A stretch of DNA of 64,000 nt from Candidatus Micrarchaeia archaeon. Lineage in GTDB: Archaea; Micrarchaeota; Micrarchaeia; CABMEP01. Shown here piece by piece: positions 59,900 through 64,000 of the stretch. Both the position numbers and the translations under genes were made by a program. The notes under the pieces were generated by a model. The model did not search any database. It saw only the letters and a list, made by a program, of their open reading frames with translations, and was not told where the DNA came from. Location: NCBI GenBank assembly GCA_038881595.1, contig JAVZPM010000001.1, positions 211,562 through 275,561 on the forward strand, given 5' to 3'. The stretch's first letter is position 1, and every line of letters begins with the position of its first letter.

Positions 59900-61282
59900 T
59901 TATTGTTTTATTATCTGATAAATTCTGAATCTAGAATTATTGGAACTTTTTATTTCTTTTATTTCATAGCCAGATAAACTTCCAAATTGATTTGGATAAA
60001 GAACCTTAAAGATATTCTTATTAGAATCAGACATAGGATGTATATATCTGAAGTAAGAAGAGTCTGAAGAATTCAGGATAAGAAGCTTGAAGTATGAATC
60101 TTCAGCTCCGTTTATAATTATCCTGTTACTTAGGATGTTACCTGCAGAGTCTGTTGGTATTAAAAGATAATCATGCTTGTAAGTCAGATAGGTTTGATAA
60201 TATGTATCTCCTTGCCTTTGGATTCCAGCGAATGCAAAGGTTTCAAAAGTAACTGTAGCATTAACTAGTTTTGCATATTCCTTTGGATAATCAAGTATAA
60301 ACGTATCAATTATAAGATAATCAAAGCTTGGGGTTCTGTTTGTGAACAAGAAAAGAAATGCTTCATTAGTTAAGACATTCTTTCCAGTTTCAACTGTGGA
60401 TATTTTACTTATATTATTTCCATACACTGAAGCAAACGCAATTCTTCCATCCATGTCATTTATCAATGACAATATATTAACAGTATCTAGATCAACAGTT
60501 TGTTTGTTCAACATGCTTGCAATTGCATATTCTATTGATATCATTATGAGAGTTACAGTCAATAAATAAAGTAATGTATGCTTATTTTCGAATGCAAGCA
60601 TTACAACTGCTATTACAAGACCTATCAAAATAGATAAACCAATAGCACCTACTCCTGAGCCAAGTATTATCAAAGATATAACTGCAGCAATCGCACCACC
60701 AGCTATGGTGCTTAATATTCCCCTGTCTTTTATTTTATTTATTCTGCTGAATCCGTCTGCATTGAGTATGAATAAGACAGGTAGCGCGATGAGTGGCATG
60801 AAGAATGATGCAATTAATGCTGTAATTCCCGTAAATACATATTTCATTTTTTTATCTGAATATAATACATAGATAGAAAGCAAAGACAAAGGAAGCAATG
60901 GAAGTATTTGATATATCTTTTCAAATCCGAATGAAGGAGTTGAAAAACCTCCCATCAATAGGAAAGTTAAATCTGATATTCCAACTGAGAAATTGTTTAT
61001 GAATGCATATGAAGAGACCATTAGCAATGAAGATACGAAGACCGGAAGTTCGGATTGTTTGAAAACAACTCTTGATATAATATATACAATAAATGCAAAA
61101 ACAATACCTATGAAAAGAGATAGATTAGATACCTCAATCATCTTTTCCTTTCCCATGTTTAGACTTGAAGCTCGTTCATAAGTCAAAACACCAGGGTTAG
61201 AAACTAACCCTAATAAGAAATAGGTATATAATAATATTATAACGAGATTCAAAACATCTTTCTTTGTAAATATGTTCTGCAT
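59900..61282 (-). CDS. Polytopic membrane protein (about 9 TM) with about 200-aa C-terminal extracytoplasmic domain, 460 aa
   Basis: Many TM helices in the first 260 aa; the C-terminal half is hydrophilic and Tyr/Asn-rich. No family was recognised. Confidence 0.45.
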   Translation of the reverse strand: MQNIFTKKDVLNLVIILLYTYFLLGLVSNPGVLTYERASSLNMGKEKMIEVSNLSLFIGIVFAFIVYIISRVVFKQSELPVFVSSLLMVSSYAFINNFSVGISDLTFLLMGGFSTPSFGFEKIYQILPLLPLSLLSIYVLYSDKKMKYVFTGITALIASFFMPLIALPVLFILNADGFSRINKIKDRGILSTIAGGAIAAVISLIILGSGVGAIGLSILIGLVIAVVMLAFENKHTLLYLLTVTLIMISIEYAIASMLNKQTVDLDTVNILSLINDMDGRIAFASVYGNNISKISTVETGKNVLTNEAFLFLFTNRTPSFDYLIIDTFILDYPKEYAKLVNATVTFETFAFAGIQRQGDTYYQTYLTYKHDYLLIPTDSAGNILSNRIIINGAEDSYFKLLILNSSDSSYFRYIHPMSDSNKNIFKVLYPNQFGSLSGYEIKEIKSSNNSRFRIYQIIKQ

Positions 61283-61320
61283 TCAATCATCATTGTTTTT
61301 TTGCAATAGAATAAGAATGA

Positions 61321-61440
61321 TAATGTCAGCAGCAATGCATCTTCCCCTCCGACAGGAGAGTACAAATAACATCGTGAACCGGCTTAGCTTCCGAGTTCGG
61401 AATGGGATCGGGCGTTTCCCGGTTCCTATGGCCGCTGACA
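61321..61440 (-). rRNA. rrf: 5S ribosomal RNA (solitary, not linked to 16S/23S)
   Basis: Reverse complement TTGTCAGCGGCCATAGGAACCGGGAAACGCCCGATCCCATTCCGAACTCGGAAGCTAAGCCGGTTCACGATGTTATTTGTACTCTCCTGTCGGAGGGGAAGATGCATTGCTGCTGACA has the universal 5S blocks (GCGGCCATAG, CCCATTCCGAAC, GGAAGCTAAGCC). A 10-bp helix I joins the two ends. The minus-strand ORF 61283-61609 is an artefact. Confidence 0.85.
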
Positions 61441-61454
61441 ATATAATATAGTGT

Positions 61455-61472
61455 GTAATATATTTAAATGTT
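61455..61472 (-). promoter_or_regulatory. TATA-like element upstream of the 5S rRNA gene
   Basis: Minus-strand tttaaatatatt is centred about 25 nt upstream of the 5S 5' end. Confidence 0.4.
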
Positions 61473-62360
61473 TCTGAAATATTATAGCTATAAAGCAAAC
61501 TGTTTTTATTTGAAGGTGAGGTTATTTCAAAAATAATAAGGTATGGAAAGGATCTTGCTATAATCATACCAGAAGAATTAGTAAAAAAGCTTGATCTAAG
61601 ACCAGACACACCTATTAGAATTTATGAGATAACCGCGGGAACTATAGCAATCGAAAAAGTAAAACTCCTTCCTTTATCTGAATCAGACATCAACATTTTG
61701 AATAAGCTTCTTCAGATTAAATTCGAAGAAAGAACTCCTGAGGTTGTAAGAAAATCATTCTCTCAAGAAGAATTGAAACTACTTGACGAACTTGTGAAGA
61801 AACACCTTGTGAATATTTACTATGGTGGGAAATATCTAAAGACAGGTGTTTATCAAGTTCCTAACCTTGTTTACAGACAGCTTCTTGAAAAGAGGCAAGA
61901 GACAGCCAAACCAAAGGAAGGTATGGAAGAGAAAGAGCAAATTTCTCAACCAAAGGAGCAAGAAAAACAGAAGAAAGAATCAAAAGAAAAGAAAGAACAG
62001 AAAGAGTTCAAAAAAGAGGAGACGGACCCAATAAAAAGACTGAATAAGAATGGCTATCTTGTTCTTCAATCCGAAGCAGATGCAAGAGAGATCTCAAAGC
62101 TTCTTGAGGATAAAATTCAGCAAAATCAAGTTACAGGAATAAGAGGATTCGATAAAAAATACTATCTTGTTAAGAATTCTTTTGTTCTTAAATTTCAATC
62201 CAAGATAAAATCAGTATTGAAATCTGGCCCTAAACAGGCTGACAAAATAGCTGAAGCATTAGGCATAGAAGAAGAGGCAGCAATCGCACTTCTCACAGTT
62301 TTAAGAGAAGAAGGAGAAATAATAGAAAAAAGAAAGGGAACTTTTTCCTTGATAGATTGA
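61467..62360 (+). CDS. AbrB/SpoVT-like (swapped-hairpin) N-domain fused to C-terminal winged-helix domain; 297 aa if ATG 61467 is used (ORF track starts at TTG 61698, 220 aa)
   Basis: The reading frame is open from ATG 61467: ..EGEVISKIIRYGKDLAIIIPEELVKKLDLRPDTPIRIYEITAGTIAIEKV. That is the AbrB/MazE-type pattern, cf. KVRKIGNSLAVTIPKEIAEALGLKEGDEVEI. A charged linker follows, then C-terminal DKIAEALGIEEEAAIALLTVLREEGEIIEKRKGTFSL (wHTH). The 5' end would overlap the 5S promoter region. Confidence 0.5.
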
Positions 62361-62528
62361 TTATATCTTGCCAGTAGTTATGTATCTTAAAACAAGAATA
62401 GCCACTATAAAAATAGCAGTTATAGCTATTACTATCCCTGGTTTAAGTTTTATTCCTCCACCTTCTGCTTCATAGAATCTAAATATTCCTGCAGAACCTG
62501 CTGGGGTGGATACTGTTTGTTTTGCCAT
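62361..62528 (-). CDS. secG: Preprotein translocase Sec61-beta (archaeal SecG), about 55 aa (start at MAKQ)
   Basis: MAKQTVSTPAGSAGIFRFYEAEGGGIKLKPGIVIAITAIFIVAILVLRY is the Sec61-beta signature (PxxSAGLxRFY...GxKLxP + TM). Confidence 0.75.
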   Translation of the reverse strand: MAKQTVSTPAGSAGIFRFYEAEGGGIKLKPGIVIAITAIFIVAILVLRYITTGKI

Positions 62529-62609
62529 AATAATCACTATATTATCTATAAAATTTGTAATTATATTATACATCGTCAAGTTTATTAATTATTACGTTCA
62601 TTTAATTTT

Positions 62610-63683
62610 ATGAAGCTTTTCTATGAAAGTGATTCCTCCATATTCAAGAATGAGAATGCATTAAGCCTTGAGTATTTGCCACCAGAGATGCCTGAAAGAG
62701 AGATACAGTTAAAGGAGTTGGCATCGGCAGTTTCAGCAGCTTCAAAAGGAAAGAGAGGAAGAAACATACTAATAACAGGTCCAACAGGAAGCGGAAAAAC
62801 AAGTTGTACAAAGTATGTTTTAAACCAACTTACAGAGTTCAGTAGAACACCTATAGCAATATACATCAACTGCTGGAACTTTACAACTTCAAACGCAGTG
62901 CTTTCTGAGATTGCAGAGAGGCTTAAGCTACCTCTTCCAAGAAGGGGAATAGCATTTGATGAAATCTTCAAGAGAATAAAAGAATATCTAGTTCTAAATA
63001 ACAAGATTCTAATTGTAGTTCTTGATGAGGTTGATAGGCTGATAGCAAATAATTCAACTGAAATATTATATTATCTAAGCAGAGGAGATGAGCTTGCAAA
63101 TGGCAGGGTTTCTGTAATCGTTATAAGCAATGACGACGAAATTGCTGCAAAACTTGATGACAGAATAAGATCATCTTTATTGGAGTCTAGGATTAAATTT
63201 GAGAAATATAATGCATTTCAGCTCAAAAAGATTTTGATGGAAAGGGCAAAGCTGGCGTTTTTCTCTTCTGCAATAAGCGAAGAGGCAGTCGCACTTTGTG
63301 CAGCAAATGCAGCAAAGCAAGGAGGAGATGCAAGAGTTGGCATTTCACTTCTTTATCAGGCAGGATTGAATGCAGAAAGAGAAGGTTCAAAGAAACTTTT
63401 ATTGAAGCATGTTAAGCTTGCACTAGAAGAGGTAAAGCAAGAAACAGACTTTATAGCAAGGCATTTTGATTCTCTTTCAGATCCAGAGAAAAGAATCGTC
63501 AATCTTCTTTTATCAGGTCCTCTTACAAGTGGACAGATATATGAAAAGCTCTCAGATCTTGGTTTAAGCAACAGGATGCTTCAATTCTACATAACAAAGC
63601 TTGAGGAATCAGGCATACTAACTTCAGAAGAGATAGATGTCAAACCTAAGGGAAGAACAAAATTAATATCTATAAGAAAATAA
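62610..63683 (+). CDS. cdc6: Orc1/Cdc6 replication initiator, 357 aa
   Basis: Walker A ITGPTGSGKTS, Walker B IVVLDEVD, sensor motifs and a C-terminal winged helix (..RIVNLLLSGPLTSGQIYEKLSDLGLSNRMLQFYITKLEESGIL) are present. Confidence 0.85.
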   Translation: MKLFYESDSSIFKNENALSLEYLPPEMPEREIQLKELASAVSAASKGKRGRNILITGPTGSGKTSCTKYVLNQLTEFSRTPIAIYINCWNFTTSNAVLSEIAERLKLPLPRRGIAFDEIFKRIKEYLVLNNKILIVVLDEVDRLIANNSTEILYYLSRGDELANGRVSVIVISNDDEIAAKLDDRIRSSLLESRIKFEKYNAFQLKKILMERAKLAFFSSAISEEAVALCAANAAKQGGDARVGISLLYQAGLNAEREGSKKLLLKHVKLALEEVKQETDFIARHFDSLSDPEKRIVNLLLSGPLTSGQIYEKLSDLGLSNRMLQFYITKLEESGILTSEEIDVKPKGRTKLISIRK

Positions 63684-63845
63684 AAGTATACTGTAATTCT
63701 TAATGGAAAAAGTTTCTTAATTTTGAATCCGACGTTAATTCGGAGCTGTTTTTCTTATAAGATGCAATAAAACCTATATCACCGGAAATTTACCCTTCCA
63801 ACTAGTATTTAAATAGCCTTTGAGATTCTGTTTCGGTGATGAAAT

Positions 63846-64000
63846 ATGATAATGGATATAACAAATATAAGATTGGATGAAGTTAGTGCCATAATGTCAA
63901 AAATGGACAAGTTAGGTATGTCTTCAAAAATAGAGAGAAAAGATGGCAGATTCCTTCTTGTTTTGAATGAAAAAAACGAGAAAAAAGAAGTTAAACCTCC
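63846..64000 (+). CDS. Hypothetical protein, 5' fragment (continues past window end)
   Basis: Open frame from ATG 63846 (MIMDITNIRLDEVSAIMSKMDKLG...). No motif was recognised. Confidence 0.25.
   Translation, partial: MIMDITNIRLDEVSAIMSKMDKLGMSSKIERKDGRFLLVLNEKNEKKEVKP

Noticed and set aside
61283-61609. Minus-strand ORF of 108 aa
   Set aside because: It overlaps the 5S rRNA gene (61321-61440) and its promoter, so it is a translation artefact.

Overview
This window is a visibly AT-rich archaeal chromosomal segment. Intron-bearing tRNAs, a tRNA-Ile(UAU), large Cys-rich surface proteins and small informational proteins suggest a small-genome DPANN-like archaeon, but that lineage call is inference. 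Everything below was worked out by eye; no tool was run.

The window carries a core informational backbone. A truncated CDC48/VAT AAA ATPase opens it. A conserved archaeal operon runs on the minus strand: RNase P Rpp21, S19e, a PDCD5-like protein, L39e, L31e, eIF6, a Trbp111-like tRNA-binding protein, LX/L18Ae, prefoldin alpha and FtsY. Further informational genes are tRNA-splicing endonuclease EndA, TFE, RpoK, RpoF, L21e, KsgA, class I LysRS, Pus10, archaeal DtdA, Sec61-beta and Orc1/Cdc6. There is a solitary 5S rRNA and six tRNAs, four with introns. One tRNA, a putative tRNA-Met/Ile2(CAU), only assembles under a three-exon, two-intron model.

Accessory content:
- a four-gene class-III-signal pilin-like cluster, with a prepilin peptidase elsewhere in the window;
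- a TBP made of a single repeat (92 aa);
- a galE-like epimerase pseudogene with two frameshifts;
- several very large surface proteins with signal or anchor segments;
- a large island at about 39.2-61.3 kb.

The island holds six tandem paralogous polytopic membrane-protein genes with a shared C-terminal motif, then an N-anchored 258-aa protein and a 2791-aa secreted Cys-rich lipoprotein. A 1063-aa signal/TM/coiled-coil protein is transcribed divergently from the array. This island is the best candidate for an undescribed cell-surface, attachment or secretion system.
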